A stretch of DNA of 64,000 nucleotides from a virus, in IMG/VR virus record IMGVR_UViG_3300000547_000002, positions 15,181 to 79,180 of that record; one strand, written 5' to 3'. The notes beneath the pieces are model-generated. The model was not told the DNA's origin and did not search any database. It saw nothing but the letters and a program-made list of their open reading frames with translations. Below are positions 20,506-31,600 of the stretch, one piece after another (position 1 is the stretch's first letter; each line of letters begins with the position of its first letter). The position numbers were made by a program, and so were the translations under genes.

Positions 20506-21996
20506 TTAATCCTTTAAAAATACCTCAATTAACTTTTCTTCGATGCTATCAGAACTTTCTAGTGCAATACCAACCATTCCGCCTTTTCCTGTCTGTGATG
20601 CTACACCATTTCCGTCTAAGTAAAGAGGCTTTCCTTTATCACACTCGCCTATAACTCTAACTGGCAATCTACCTTTCAAACCTATTGCTTGGCCAGAGCT
20701 ATCTTCATTCATTAGATAGGCAGGTTTTTCTGACACTACACCTATAACAATATTATCTATATCCGCTGCACAGGTTTCGTGTTCGATGTGGCTACATATT
20801 GTCATTACAGTGCCAATAGGGTATTCTTCAGCGGTTGTATATTTTTCTGCTAAGTCCGCGTACTTTGCTGTTAAGGCAGTTCCTCTTAGTAAATTAACAC
20901 GAAGATCTCCTGAATTGTCTCTTAAGGCAACCGTGTTAGGTTCAGCGTTAATATTTCCAGGATAATTAGTAGAATTAAAAACAACATTAATAGATTTTTG
21001 CGATGTCCCAATGATATTATTAGCGTAAACATTATCAAAAGGTTCAGAAGAACTACCTATATCAATAGATCTAAGATTATCTGTTGAGTCTAATCCTGGT
21101 AAAACATTATCAGACTGAATTCTGAGGCATTCATCTATAAATCCGCCCTGATCTTTAGCTTTGAATTTTATAACATTACCTATGTCATTTTGTACAACGC
21201 CTTCATTTGCGTTTTCTATGAAGATTTTAAGATCGTTATCTTCACCGATTGCTAAACCCGGATCACCAAAAGAAACAAGTTGAGTAAATTCTGCATTACC
21301 GACTTGGATATATTCTGAAGCTGCTACGCCTCCTAGTTTTTCTGAGTCAGACGCAGTCCCCCAATATACAAAATTAGTTCCTATATTAGTGCGAATAGTT
21401 TGTCCACCTGTGCTCGCAGTTGTGTTAACAAGTGTTAGTCCTGGCTTTATTACATCAAAGCCTGGTATTGCATCGCTTATTGACAGAGTAAATTCTTCGT
21501 TAGAAACTGCATATACTACTTCTCCGTCTATTAAAGAAACAATTATAGAATGAGAGTTTCCTTGAGCATCTCTAACCGTGCGACTCTGCATTTGAGTAAT
21601 ATTTTCACCCGCATCTTGTGGTCCTATTAGTACAAAATTTGATCCGTTGTATGCAAATAATTGTTCGTTATCTGTGTCCCACCAAAAATCGCCTTCGGTC
21701 AATCCTGCCGGTTCTGTGCCTGTGGTTTCTGCGCCGCCAGTAGTTCTCCATTTTGTTCCGTCATAGAATTTTAATTTTCTTGCCGCAGAATCAAACCATA
21801 CTTGGCCACTTATTGCCCTAGGGGGAGGATTTGAACCAGCAAAATTTTCAAGGAGAAAAAGGAAATTTTCATTGTGTATTTCGCCATAACCAGCAAAATT
21901 TCTACCAACAAACCTTATATCGGTAGTATTGTCAATTGTTCCATCTTCAACTATAGTTAAAGGTGTCTGATTATAGCGATCTATCTGGTAAGCCAT
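20506..21996 (-). CDS. Tail fibre-like protein with C-terminal intramolecular-chaperone/autoprotease (peptidase G2-like) domain
   Basis: Shared fibre N-terminal module; C-terminal YADLAEKY...IGVVSEKPAYLMN...GLKGRLPVRVIG. Confidence 0.7.
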   Translation of the reverse strand: MAYQIDRYNQTPLTIVEDGTIDNTTDIRFVGRNFAGYGEIHNENFLFLLENFAGSNPPPRAISGQVWFDSAARKLKFYDGTKWRTTGGAETTGTEPAGLTEGDFWWDTDNEQLFAYNGSNFVLIGPQDAGENITQMQSRTVRDAQGNSHSIIVSLIDGEVVYAVSNEEFTLSISDAIPGFDVIKPGLTLVNTTASTGGQTIRTNIGTNFVYWGTASDSEKLGGVAASEYIQVGNAEFTQLVSFGDPGLAIGEDNDLKIFIENANEGVVQNDIGNVIKFKAKDQGGFIDECLRIQSDNVLPGLDSTDNLRSIDIGSSSEPFDNVYANNIIGTSQKSINVVFNSTNYPGNINAEPNTVALRDNSGDLRVNLLRGTALTAKYADLAEKYTTAEEYPIGTVMTICSHIEHETCAADIDNIVIGVVSEKPAYLMNEDSSGQAIGLKGRLPVRVIGECDKGKPLYLDGNGVASQTGKGGMVGIALESSDSIEEKLIEVFLKD

Positions 21997-22018
21997 TTTA
22001 AAAATTTCCTCTTTAGCA

Positions 22019-22026
22019 TATTTATT
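22019..22026 (-). promoter_or_regulatory. Late promoter-like AATAAATA
   Basis: Overlaps the upstream stop codon, ~23 nt before ATG 21996, followed by a GAGG SD. Confidence 0.5.
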
Positions 22027-24073
22027 CGAATATTGTAATCATTACATCACCGCCAGTGGTGCTAGGATGATTGTTTCCAGAAGCATTATCTACTGTGTAA
22101 ATTTCTACATACGAAATATTTGATCTCCTAAACGACACAAAATGATCGACATCTGATGCTATTCCGTGAACTATATAATTATCATTGTCAAAATCTTCTT
22201 GAAAATTAATTCTGTATAATCCGTTTCCTAACCTATTAACGCTTTGTACATTAAAACTATTACGAATTACGTGACTATTACCGTCAAATCTAACGTATGC
22301 TTTTACCTTGCCGAAATCATCTAACTTTTGATCTAATAAATTCTGAACATAATCTTCTACATACCGTTTTGTAGCAGCATGTAAATCATTTACCGGATCA
22401 TCGTGAAGGGTGATATAATCTGTAACTTCGCCGCCTGTTTTCCTAAAAAATACTGATTGGTTAAAACCTCCAACAGTGTCAGAGTTATCTGCTTGAATTG
22501 CTCTATCTGCTAAAGGTGTCCTGTCTGCTCGCTCTGCATCTACTGCTTTTCCGTCGATAGGTAAAAAACCAGTGGCTTCGATTCCGTCAAGCGTGTCTGC
22601 ATCTAATCCTGATAAAGGTCCTTGGTTACCTTCATGCCAGACTTTGTTAGATCTAAAAGTAAGGCCGTTTGTTTGATCTTCAGGATCTAATTTCATAATT
22701 TCTACACTGCTAGTGTAGGTTGAATTTACAGTTGCCCAAGAAAAGTATTCAGAATTATCGTCTGTAATTTGAAACTCTAAACGCGAATTAGGATTTGTAT
22801 TATCGTAAAATCTTACAGCAGCAGAATTGAATGCAGAGTTGTCCCATTGAAACGCAAGATCGGAACCTACTAATGTAAGACTACCGCTTACTTCGTCTCC
22901 GTTGCTTCTAACAAAGTCTGTGCTATCTAAACCGTCTAATTTATCTGAATCTACTGCTTGTGAAGCGGCAGGTAAGAAATAACTAGAATCAAAACCGTCA
23001 AGTGTGTCTGCATCAAGACCCGATCCTGAACCGTCGTTATTACTATGCCAAATCGTGCTGTTCCTAAATGACAAACCGTTAACACCATCTGCAGTATCAA
23101 TTTTTAACAATTCATTAACGGAGCCATTATCGTTATTATAAAATAAAAAATTGCCTGTACTATCAACCTCGAACTGTAGCGAATTGTCTACATTTTTAAT
23201 AGATAGTTTCGAATTGTTCCAGGTAATTCCTGTTTGATTTTCTGTAAAAGAGAGTGTTCCTGTTAGCGCAGTATTTTCATCGCTTCTTAAAAATTGATTG
23301 CTGTTTAAACCATCTACTAAGTTTGCATTAGATGCTGTGCCCCAAAACCAATAATCTGCAGGATCTGTAACTCCGTTTTCGCTTTGTGAATTTTTTAACG
23401 TAATTCCTTTTTTAATAGTTTCGAAACCGTCAATAGGAGTAGTATTACTAAGAGTAAATTCTTGATTAGAAATTATTTGGACGGTTTCTCCGTTAACGTA
23501 TCCTCTTATAACTGCTCTATCAGTGAAGGCATCGTCTTTAACTATTTCGCTTTGATATCTTGTTGTCAATGAGCCTGCTTTTTGAGGCCCGACAAGTTCG
23601 AAATCTGATCCTGTATGTGTATAAAGCTGACCTGTTGAAGTGTTCCACCAAAGATCACCTTCTCTTAGATTGTCTGGTTGGTCATCTTGTGATTCGATTA
23701 CGCCCAGAGTGCTATATTTTTCTCCATCATTATATCTTAATCTATTATCAGAAGTGCTTTTCCAAAGACTGCCTTCTGTTTGATCGGGCATTTGATCTGT
23801 TACAGCAATAACAGAGAGTGCTTCCCAGTCTTCGCCGTTATAAACTTTGATTCTGTTTTCTCTAGTATCGTGCCATAACTGTCCACTTAAAGGTCTAGGC
23901 GGCTCGTTGAGGCCAGAAAAATTCTCTAAGAGAAAAAGAAAGTTTTCGTTTTGAACCTCACCGTAACTAACATAATTTTTACCCACTAACTTCAGATCAG
24001 TAGTTCTATCGATCGTGCCATCAATAACTGTAGTTAATATCGATCTGTTATATCTGTTAATTGTGTATGGCAT
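22022..24073 (-). CDS. Tail fibre protein with (SG)LDADxLDG repeats
   Basis: Shared N-terminal module; SGLDADTLDG twice plus degenerate copies; HAATKRYV motif. Confidence 0.75.
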   Translation of the reverse strand: MPYTINRYNRSILTTVIDGTIDRTTDLKLVGKNYVSYGEVQNENFLFLLENFSGLNEPPRPLSGQLWHDTRENRIKVYNGEDWEALSVIAVTDQMPDQTEGSLWKSTSDNRLRYNDGEKYSTLGVIESQDDQPDNLREGDLWWNTSTGQLYTHTGSDFELVGPQKAGSLTTRYQSEIVKDDAFTDRAVIRGYVNGETVQIISNQEFTLSNTTPIDGFETIKKGITLKNSQSENGVTDPADYWFWGTASNANLVDGLNSNQFLRSDENTALTGTLSFTENQTGITWNNSKLSIKNVDNSLQFEVDSTGNFLFYNNDNGSVNELLKIDTADGVNGLSFRNSTIWHSNNDGSGSGLDADTLDGFDSSYFLPAASQAVDSDKLDGLDSTDFVRSNGDEVSGSLTLVGSDLAFQWDNSAFNSAAVRFYDNTNPNSRLEFQITDDNSEYFSWATVNSTYTSSVEIMKLDPEDQTNGLTFRSNKVWHEGNQGPLSGLDADTLDGIEATGFLPIDGKAVDAERADRTPLADRAIQADNSDTVGGFNQSVFFRKTGGEVTDYITLHDDPVNDLHAATKRYVEDYVQNLLDQKLDDFGKVKAYVRFDGNSHVIRNSFNVQSVNRLGNGLYRINFQEDFDNDNYIVHGIASDVDHFVSFRRSNISYVEIYTVDNASGNNHPSTTGGDVMITIFE

Positions 24074-24094
24074 TTTGTATTCCTAAAATTATTA

Positions 24095-25966
24095 CTAGCT
24101 TGTAGATATCCATGACCAAGCTCCGCTTACTACTTGGAAAATCATAGTTTGCCTGTTCGGAGTAAGATTTACATCGCCAGACGCTGGGTCGAAATCAATA
24201 TCTTCTACAACAGATACAGCACTACTGTCGTCACTTATTACGCTAATTCTTGAAATATCTGCTGCTGCTTTGACGTTTACATCAGAGACAGTTGCACTAT
24301 TGTAATTTAAACAATGAATTCTAGCAAAGACTCCATTTTCTTTTTCGACTGCCGGAGAAATAGTTTCTAGAATATCTTTTACATCGTCATACGGATTAGA
24401 CACACTTGGTGCAGATAAAGCAGTAGTGTCCAAAGAAAGAGACACTGCTGTAGATGCTACTGTTTCGTCTACGTATTTTTTAGTTGCGGCGTCTTGAGAA
24501 TCTGTAGGATCGATGAGATGTGTAATTTTAGTATTACTTACAGACACATTGTCGAAAGAATCTAATATTAATGCAGAAGATTGAGTACTGATTGTGTTTC
24601 CGTCTATTTTAACGTTGTCTACGTCTAGATAATCTAGCTGGCCAATTTCGGTTAGTCCTGGAGCCGTTGTTACTCCTGCTCCGAGCTGTGTCTTAGATAA
24701 TACAATAGAGTCGTCAATTTTGTAATTTTTGTTTATATCTAAATTAAAATCTAAATTAGACGTCCAGGCTTTTATAGAATCATTGTACGTAATATTTTTA
24801 TTGCCTTCTGACGATCCTACAATAATACCTGCGCCGTCTACGTTAGAATCGTTTCCTACAGTACCATCACCTAATAAACCTAATTCTATATTTTTATCTT
24901 CTACCCTTAATGTGTTTACATTGATATAAGTTGTGTTACCGTTTACAGTTAAATTGCCATCTACCGTTAGGTTTTGTGATACAGCAAGATCTCCTTCTAC
25001 ATCTAATTCTGTTTGAGGATTTTCTTTGTATATACCTACACGGCCATTTTGGCCGTCGATGTATACCGCATTTCTATAACTGCTTCCTACAATAGTTTGC
25101 AGAGCGATGTCGCTATTTTGCTGAACCGTTCTTAAAACTGTTGTATTAGTATTATCCAGTCTTAATTGAGAATATATTGTCGAACCGTTTCCTAACAGAA
25201 GACCAAAAGAATTTTGCAAAGTAAGGCTGCCGTCTATTTGTGCATTTCCAGAAGACGCAACAAAGTCACTAGCAGATCTATTGTTACCTTGATCGTCAGT
25301 TAAAGTTAAAGCACTGCGAGCTACACCTCCGAATCCAATAGAAGAATCAACAAGATTAAATCCCTTTTCAAAAAGTTGACGTCTTGGAAAAATTGTATCG
25401 TTAGGATCGTCGGGATATCCTGCGATTTTTTGTCCAGCAGCTAATCTAAAAGTAGCGTCTGTAAAAGCAGCAAATAATCTTCCTCCTATATATAACAATA
25501 GAATTGTTTGGCTACGTTCTGTTGTATCGATAACAGAAACTGTTTCCCAACCAGATTTTCCTTGAAATCTAGTATATAAAGGTCCTACTAACGTGTATTC
25601 GCCTTCTACGTTACCATCATAGAAATAAAGTTGTCTATTTTCGTTATCTATCCATAAATTACCAATTGTTAGTTCAGGGCGATTAGCCGAAACTACCGGA
25701 GCTCCGGCTGGCACAAATATTTTTCCGTTATAGATTTTCAATCTTTCTTCATTAGTATCATACCATAACTGACCTGCAATAGGATTGTTTGGCTCAAGAC
25801 TGTTAGCAAAATTTTCTACTAAACGTATAAAATTTTCATTAAAAACTTCACCATAGCCTTTGTAATTACGACCAACAAGAGTAACGTCAGAACTTGTAGT
25901 ATCTATAACTCCGTCGGCAAGTTCTACTAATAAATCACCATTTGTCTTGTTTAGTCTATATGCCAT
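24095..25966 (-). CDS. Tail fibre / baseplate-attached protein
   Basis: Shared N-terminal module; beta-rich LTVDGNLTVNG segment; DAATKKYVD motif. Confidence 0.7.
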   Translation of the reverse strand: MAYRLNKTNGDLLVELADGVIDTTSSDVTLVGRNYKGYGEVFNENFIRLVENFANSLEPNNPIAGQLWYDTNEERLKIYNGKIFVPAGAPVVSANRPELTIGNLWIDNENRQLYFYDGNVEGEYTLVGPLYTRFQGKSGWETVSVIDTTERSQTILLLYIGGRLFAAFTDATFRLAAGQKIAGYPDDPNDTIFPRRQLFEKGFNLVDSSIGFGGVARSALTLTDDQGNNRSASDFVASSGNAQIDGSLTLQNSFGLLLGNGSTIYSQLRLDNTNTTVLRTVQQNSDIALQTIVGSSYRNAVYIDGQNGRVGIYKENPQTELDVEGDLAVSQNLTVDGNLTVNGNTTYINVNTLRVEDKNIELGLLGDGTVGNDSNVDGAGIIVGSSEGNKNITYNDSIKAWTSNLDFNLDINKNYKIDDSIVLSKTQLGAGVTTAPGLTEIGQLDYLDVDNVKIDGNTISTQSSALILDSFDNVSVSNTKITHLIDPTDSQDAATKKYVDETVASTAVSLSLDTTALSAPSVSNPYDDVKDILETISPAVEKENGVFARIHCLNYNSATVSDVNVKAAADISRISVISDDSSAVSVVEDIDFDPASGDVNLTPNRQTMIFQVVSGAWSWISTS

Positions 25967-28021
25967 TTAGTTTCTTCCGGTGTATATAATATATGTTACT
26001 GTAAGTGTAGGATTCATTACATCCAATGGTTGTCCTAAATCGTCGTTAGTCAAAACACCGCCAGTTTGTGGAAATGCTTGACCTTGGCCATCGCCATATG
26101 GTAATGGAAAGTCCTCGACGTTAGGATCAGGTGTTAAATCTTCAATTTCTCTTACAGCATAAAACGTTTTACCTTCGCTATCGCGCAGATCGTGTTCGTG
26201 TTCAGGCAAATTATCAACAGATATATTTTTGAATTCTGAACCGCCTTTCTGTCCAACAGCCTCTGCATTTTGTGCAGTTACAACATCAGCATCTACGCCT
26301 CCCATATTGTCTGCACCTAGCGGTAGTCTTCCTCTAAAGTCTGGAACTTTAAACAAACCAGCTTGTGCAAGACTTCTTCCTTGCGGATCTGTTTCTGATG
26401 TAAGATTTCTAGATCCAAAACTATAACCGATAATGTTAAATAATTCCGCATATTCAGATTGGCTATATTCAGACCCGTCACATAGTAACCATCCAGCAGG
26501 AGCAGTAATACCGGCATAAGGCATAACTACACCCGGAGGATTGACAGGAATTCTTTCAAATAGGTTACTTACAGAAATCTTAAATAGTCCTGTATCCCCT
26601 GAGGTTCGATTTATAATAACTTCGTCGTCAGACAGACCAACTTGTGTTCTTTCTTTAGAAGAAATAAAATCAGTGTTAATTGTAGTGTTAAACACCTTAT
26701 TAGATCCGCCTGTCTGTCCATCAAATACAACATTTTCAGAAGCAACGTCACCGGCTAGAGAAAATGTAGTTCCTGAAGTTAGCCTGTCTGCTGCTTCGGC
26801 ATTGCCAATTACTGTTCCTGTTACATTACCAACTAACCTTCCTACAAATTGAGTAGCGTAAACATTCTGCCATTTTGAACTTGCTGACCCCAAATTACGA
26901 GTATTATTACCGTCTGGAATGACATTGGCAAATGTTGCTAAATCTGAAAAGGTAGATTCTCCGCCTACATTAAGATTTTTAGCAATTCCTGCGCCGCCTT
27001 TTGTTACAATTGATCCGCTGTTTATGTTTACGCTTTGGTCTACTCCGTCTACTAATAGAGCAGAATCTGTTTTTATATTTCCTAATACATCTAACGACTC
27101 GTCTGGAGATTCATTGTTTATACCTACATTTCTACTTGCATCAACCCGAATAACCGTTCTAGACGAACCTCCTGCTCTTACCCTGAGGTCAATATTTGAC
27201 CCTTCGATTCTATTTTGTATTATACTTGCTTGTCCTTCGACAGATAAACCGAAGTTAGCATCTGTTCCTATCAACATACCTCCGTCATTTTGCACATTAA
27301 TAGGAAAAGAAGTATTTGAAGTAGTATCGCCTCTTAAAAAGTTAGATCCATCTACAGGAACATTGTCGACAATCAGTGACTCTGCTTTTTCGGAAACTCC
27401 GTAAATTTTATTTGTGCCGTCACCGGTAATGTTTAGGTCTGCTAGATTAAATCCCGGACGTATAATATCAAATCCTGGAATGTTGGGATTAGGATTGATT
27501 TCAAAATCTGAGTATACAGCAACTATTCTTGCTCTAATTTCAACTACTACTACGGTGTATTCTACATTATCAGAGCCTGTTATAGTTCTTGGTGATACTC
27601 CTGTTGATAAACCATCAGCAAAACTAGGACCTACTAGAACCCAGCCAGAACCTGAATTTAGGTATAATTGCTGATTGTCAACATCTGCCCATAAGTCGCC
27701 CGGTTGTGCTCTAGTAACGTCAGGAGCATTGTTTGCTTTGTTAAGTCCTCCGGCAGGTACCCAACCTGTTCCGTCATAGACTTTGAGTTGTTCGCTTCCT
27801 GGAGAAGTATCGTACCATAATTGTCCTTCTATTGCTCGAGGCGGTTCGAGTGGTCCTGAGAAATTTTCAAGTAGATGTAAAAAGTTTTCCGCAATAACGC
27901 CGCCGTAGCCAGTATAATTCCTGCCGGGCAGTTTTAGAGTTGTTTCTGTGTTAAGAGTGCCATCTACAACAACTATACTTCCGTTTGTTGGTTCATCTGT
28001 GTATGGTATTGTATAAGCCAT
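25967..28021 (-). CDS. Tail fibre with phage tail-collar domain (gp12/gp10-like)
   Basis: PGVVMPYAGITAPAGWLLCDG...YAELFNIIG...FKVPDFRGR collar motif; NLPEHEH HxH; MNPTLTVTYII C-terminus. Confidence 0.82.
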   Translation of the reverse strand: MAYTIPYTDEPTNGSIVVVDGTLNTETTLKLPGRNYTGYGGVIAENFLHLLENFSGPLEPPRAIEGQLWYDTSPGSEQLKVYDGTGWVPAGGLNKANNAPDVTRAQPGDLWADVDNQQLYLNSGSGWVLVGPSFADGLSTGVSPRTITGSDNVEYTVVVVEIRARIVAVYSDFEINPNPNIPGFDIIRPGFNLADLNITGDGTNKIYGVSEKAESLIVDNVPVDGSNFLRGDTTSNTSFPINVQNDGGMLIGTDANFGLSVEGQASIIQNRIEGSNIDLRVRAGGSSRTVIRVDASRNVGINNESPDESLDVLGNIKTDSALLVDGVDQSVNINSGSIVTKGGAGIAKNLNVGGESTFSDLATFANVIPDGNNTRNLGSASSKWQNVYATQFVGRLVGNVTGTVIGNAEAADRLTSGTTFSLAGDVASENVVFDGQTGGSNKVFNTTINTDFISSKERTQVGLSDDEVIINRTSGDTGLFKISVSNLFERIPVNPPGVVMPYAGITAPAGWLLCDGSEYSQSEYAELFNIIGYSFGSRNLTSETDPQGRSLAQAGLFKVPDFRGRLPLGADNMGGVDADVVTAQNAEAVGQKGGSEFKNISVDNLPEHEHDLRDSEGKTFYAVREIEDLTPDPNVEDFPLPYGDGQGQAFPQTGGVLTNDDLGQPLDVMNPTLTVTYIIYTGRN

Positions 28022-28024
28022 TCA

Positions 28025-28636
28025 TTAAACCTCATTAAATCCTGATAGACTCTGCACTCTTACGGTATAATCTATCTGTATTAATCTATTCAAACTTTTC
28101 TGAACAGGATGAAATATTACATGTGTCAACAAACGCCCTTCGCCTGACGGTGTATATGCTCTTAGACCTAATTCGTCAAAGATAAAATCATCTTCTGTGC
28201 TAGAAGCAGTATCGAATGCAGATTGTCCTGCAGGCTCACCGTAATCTAACAAACAGGTTACTAGTATATCTGTGTAGTTTGTTCCTGATACGTGTCTTGT
28301 TTCTATTCGATTTCTAACAGGGTCAAGATTATTGACGGATCTGTCGTCTACTATCTTGGAAAATGTTTCGTTATACAAACCGGCGTTTGTTCCTGTAGAA
28401 TTAGGTGTTAGATAGGTTATAATACCAGTTTCGTTTACATTTGTTCCGCCGTTACCAAATGCCATATCCTGTATCCAACCTGTGCCTTGGTTGGCAAGAC
28501 TTTCTGCTAAAGATATTGATATATTTTCATAATGTATGGCATTTCTTTTATCTACGTAAACTTCTTCATTTTCAGGGTCATATATTTTTATATGGCCTTG
28601 AAGTAAAACGCCGTTGTAATCACTAAGTTCTGTCAT
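28025..28636 (-). CDS. Putative baseplate / fibre-attachment structural protein
   Basis: 203-aa ORF between the giant wedge gene and the fibres, preceded by late-type GATAAATA (28661-28654). Confidence 0.55.
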   Translation of the reverse strand: MTELSDYNGVLLQGHIKIYDPENEEVYVDKRNAIHYENISISLAESLANQGTGWIQDMAFGNGGTNVNETGIITYLTPNSTGTNAGLYNETFSKIVDDRSVNNLDPVRNRIETRHVSGTNYTDILVTCLLDYGEPAGQSAFDTASSTEDDFIFDELGLRAYTPSGEGRLLTHVIFHPVQKSLNRLIQIDYTVRVQSLSGFNEV

Positions 28637-28656
28637 AATTCGTTCCTATAGTGTAT

Positions 28657-31600
28657 TTATCGAGGCAATTCAGTTGTCTGTGATAGCAAAAATTCTGCTA
28701 CGTCACTATTGCTTTGTGCTAGCGGTGTTCCTATGTCGCTCCATAGAGAGCCTGTTTTCCTTACGATGCTTATTTTGATTCCCGGAGGCGGTGTTTCTGT
28801 AAGCCTTACATATTGTCCGATATTTTTGTTTACAGCAAATTCTGCTTCACGGATTATGTCCCCTTCAGGAGAATCAAGTTCTTCATAGTTATAAACTCTG
28901 TAAGGAGTTTTTCGCAGTCTCTTTCCGCCTACAAAAACTTCTATATCTTGTGCTTCCCAGTACTCATATGGAATACTTGTATAGTTAATTACTCTTCCTG
29001 TACCGCTACCCACTCCGGTTGCGATAAATTCTGTGCCAGGAGAATTGTTTGCTGCTCCTATTGCGACAAAGTCTGTATCGCCCGACTCTTGAATAACATA
29101 ACCTCTGCCTGGTGTAATATCAGCTACAGATATTACTTCTGTCTCCTTATACCAATTGGTTTCTGACGCAGGATTAGGCTGTGGAGCATAAGGTAGTAGT
29201 ATCTGTAGATATTCAACAAGCGCCGGTGCTACTGCGCTTGTTTGAGCAATGTTAAGCGGTGTTGTTGTAGCAGGATTTAATACAATCAAATCATATGCTC
29301 CTACAGGCAGTTCTGGTGTTACAAATTGAAGAGTTTCTGAGTTGATATATGTAGTTTCGCATTCAGTTTCACCTACATGAACTACAACATTTTCTCTAAA
29401 TCCTGTGCCTGTAACTGTTGCTGTCTGTCCTCCTAAAGGGAAAGCAGAATTATTGTTAAAGTCATATGTTATGCCTGTTATAGACACACCAGGCGAATTT
29501 TCAAATTCTACGAGACCTCTGCTATATCCGCTTGACTCTACAATAATAGTTTGTGTTTCGTCTTGATAAGGTAAATTGTTGGCGCTTCCTTGTTCAACAA
29601 TTACGGTGCCTGCTTCATATCTATCTTTCACGCCTGTTCCCAGTGTGCCTCTACGTAATTGAGTAAGTGTATTGCCTTGTTTAACAAAATATTCTATTCT
29701 TTCACCTTCAATGAATACAATACCCGGCATTCTTGAATTGTAATTTGGGTCTGGCAATTCTGAAGCATCTATAACTTCAATGCGCTTATCGAACCAGTTT
29801 AGATCCTCCGCAAGTTGCTGTTTCTTACCAATACGCTTATAGTGTGTTCTGTTAAGAATATCTTTGAACTGCCTCCAAGCAAATATAGGTTTGACATCAT
29901 TTGCTGCGAAGTGTATTATTTCTAGTTCGTCGCCGTCTTGAGGTATTTCAGCAAGTTTAACGGTTTCTCCGCCATTTTGAACAGAATAATCTACATTGTG
30001 ATTAAGCAGATTGCCGTTTTTGACTACCCATACAGAATTTTTTTTCTGAGCGGGTTTAGTAAGGTTTATCACACCTTTTGACAATTGTTGATTTTCAAAC
30101 CATTGAGGTGTGCCTTCTGCGATATTAGGATTAAGATTTACCGTTAAAACCTGTCTTTCTATGTTTTGAATGTCGTGATTAGAGAAGGAATAAACCTTGA
30201 TTGAATCACCTTCGCTGTATGGGGAATCTATATTAAGAGTTGGTTTGGTGCTGTCTTCACCTCTCTGTGGTATAAATTCGCCCGATTCGTCTATAAATCC
30301 GAAACGATATTCGCCTGTATTCATTACAAACACTTCAAGAATATCGCCAGGCTGAGCTGTTCCTGTTACAAGGTTTATTACATTACCATTGACTACACCC
30401 GGTATATCAGTAGGATCGAACGTAAAGTCTCCTGGATAGTTTAGAAGATTACCGTTTAGATAGACTTCTAGATATCTAGGATCTGTTGTGTCTGACGGAA
30501 TTTGAGCTACGTCTAGCTGATATGATAATACGCCTTCTTGTATTTCAAATTGTTTGTTATAAACAGAACGTAATAGTTTGTCATTAATAAACACAAGAAC
30601 ATTATTAACAGCAGGTTGTTGCGCAAATATATCATTTTCTAGCGTAAATTGCGTGGTAGAACCGTCTGCTACAAATTCATCTAATCTTACAATGCTGAGA
30701 TTTGAATTTTCTATTCCACTTTCTGCTACCATTATATTAACAAAACTGTTCGCAGCAGGAGGAGAAGCAAATTTTACTATGGTATCTCCTGGACGATCGT
30801 AAGTTTCGTCTGCTTCTTGTAATTCAAAGGCTTTATCTACACCGTTTACGGTCACATATGCTTCCAAATCTTCGGAATACGCTGCTGGAATTAAGAATTC
30901 GCCAGTTTCTCCGTCGCCCTGGAACTGCTGAATATCAAATATTCTAGAACCGCTGTTTCCAAGATTAACAATGCTAACAACAGCGTTCGCAGCAGGAGCT
31001 GAATTGAAAATCACTGCGCCGTTTTGATAATCAACCACATAGTCTTGGCTGTCTTTGAGATCATGATCAACTTTTACAAACAGCGCGTCTCTATTTACAG
31101 GCGTTTCTCCTATGGAAAACTCTGTTCTCGCACCGTCGGCTACAAAGTTTCTTACTTCAATGGAACTGCCGCCTGCGGCTGGTGATTCATATACCTGTAT
31201 ATCTAATGTATCCTGTAGCTGTCCAGGAACAATTTCTTCCGGTCCTCGAGATGTTGTTTCTGTGACAAATCCGTCACCGTCTATTTCTATTTCTTCTGCT
31301 AGAACACCGCGAGCATTTGTATAGTTTAAACTACCGCCCGACAACGAAACATCATAAGAGTCTGGATCTGGTATGAACGAACCATCGCTTGTAATTTTTC
31401 TTACAATAATTGTAATAGAATCTTCTGTGCTATCTTCGGGCGTAGTTGGTATATTCAACTCATCCAACTCAATTTGGGTAGTAGAACCGTCGCCTATTAA
31501 ACTGACACAAGTTGCGTTTTCGTTTGTTTGATCCGCAGTCCCAAAATTTGGATCGTCCATCCTTTCGTTGCTTACGATGTTTCCGTTTGAGTCTCTCGCA

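Noticed and set aside
22440-23340. DNA repeats in the LDAD-repeat fibre gene as a mobile or regulatory repeat
   Set aside because: Explained by protein-level fibre repeats with synonymous divergence.
17281-28021. Diversity-generating retroelement or invertase-based fibre switching
   Set aside because: No reverse transcriptase, recombinase, adenine-variant repeat pair or inverted crossover sites seen; paralog similarity is at the protein level.
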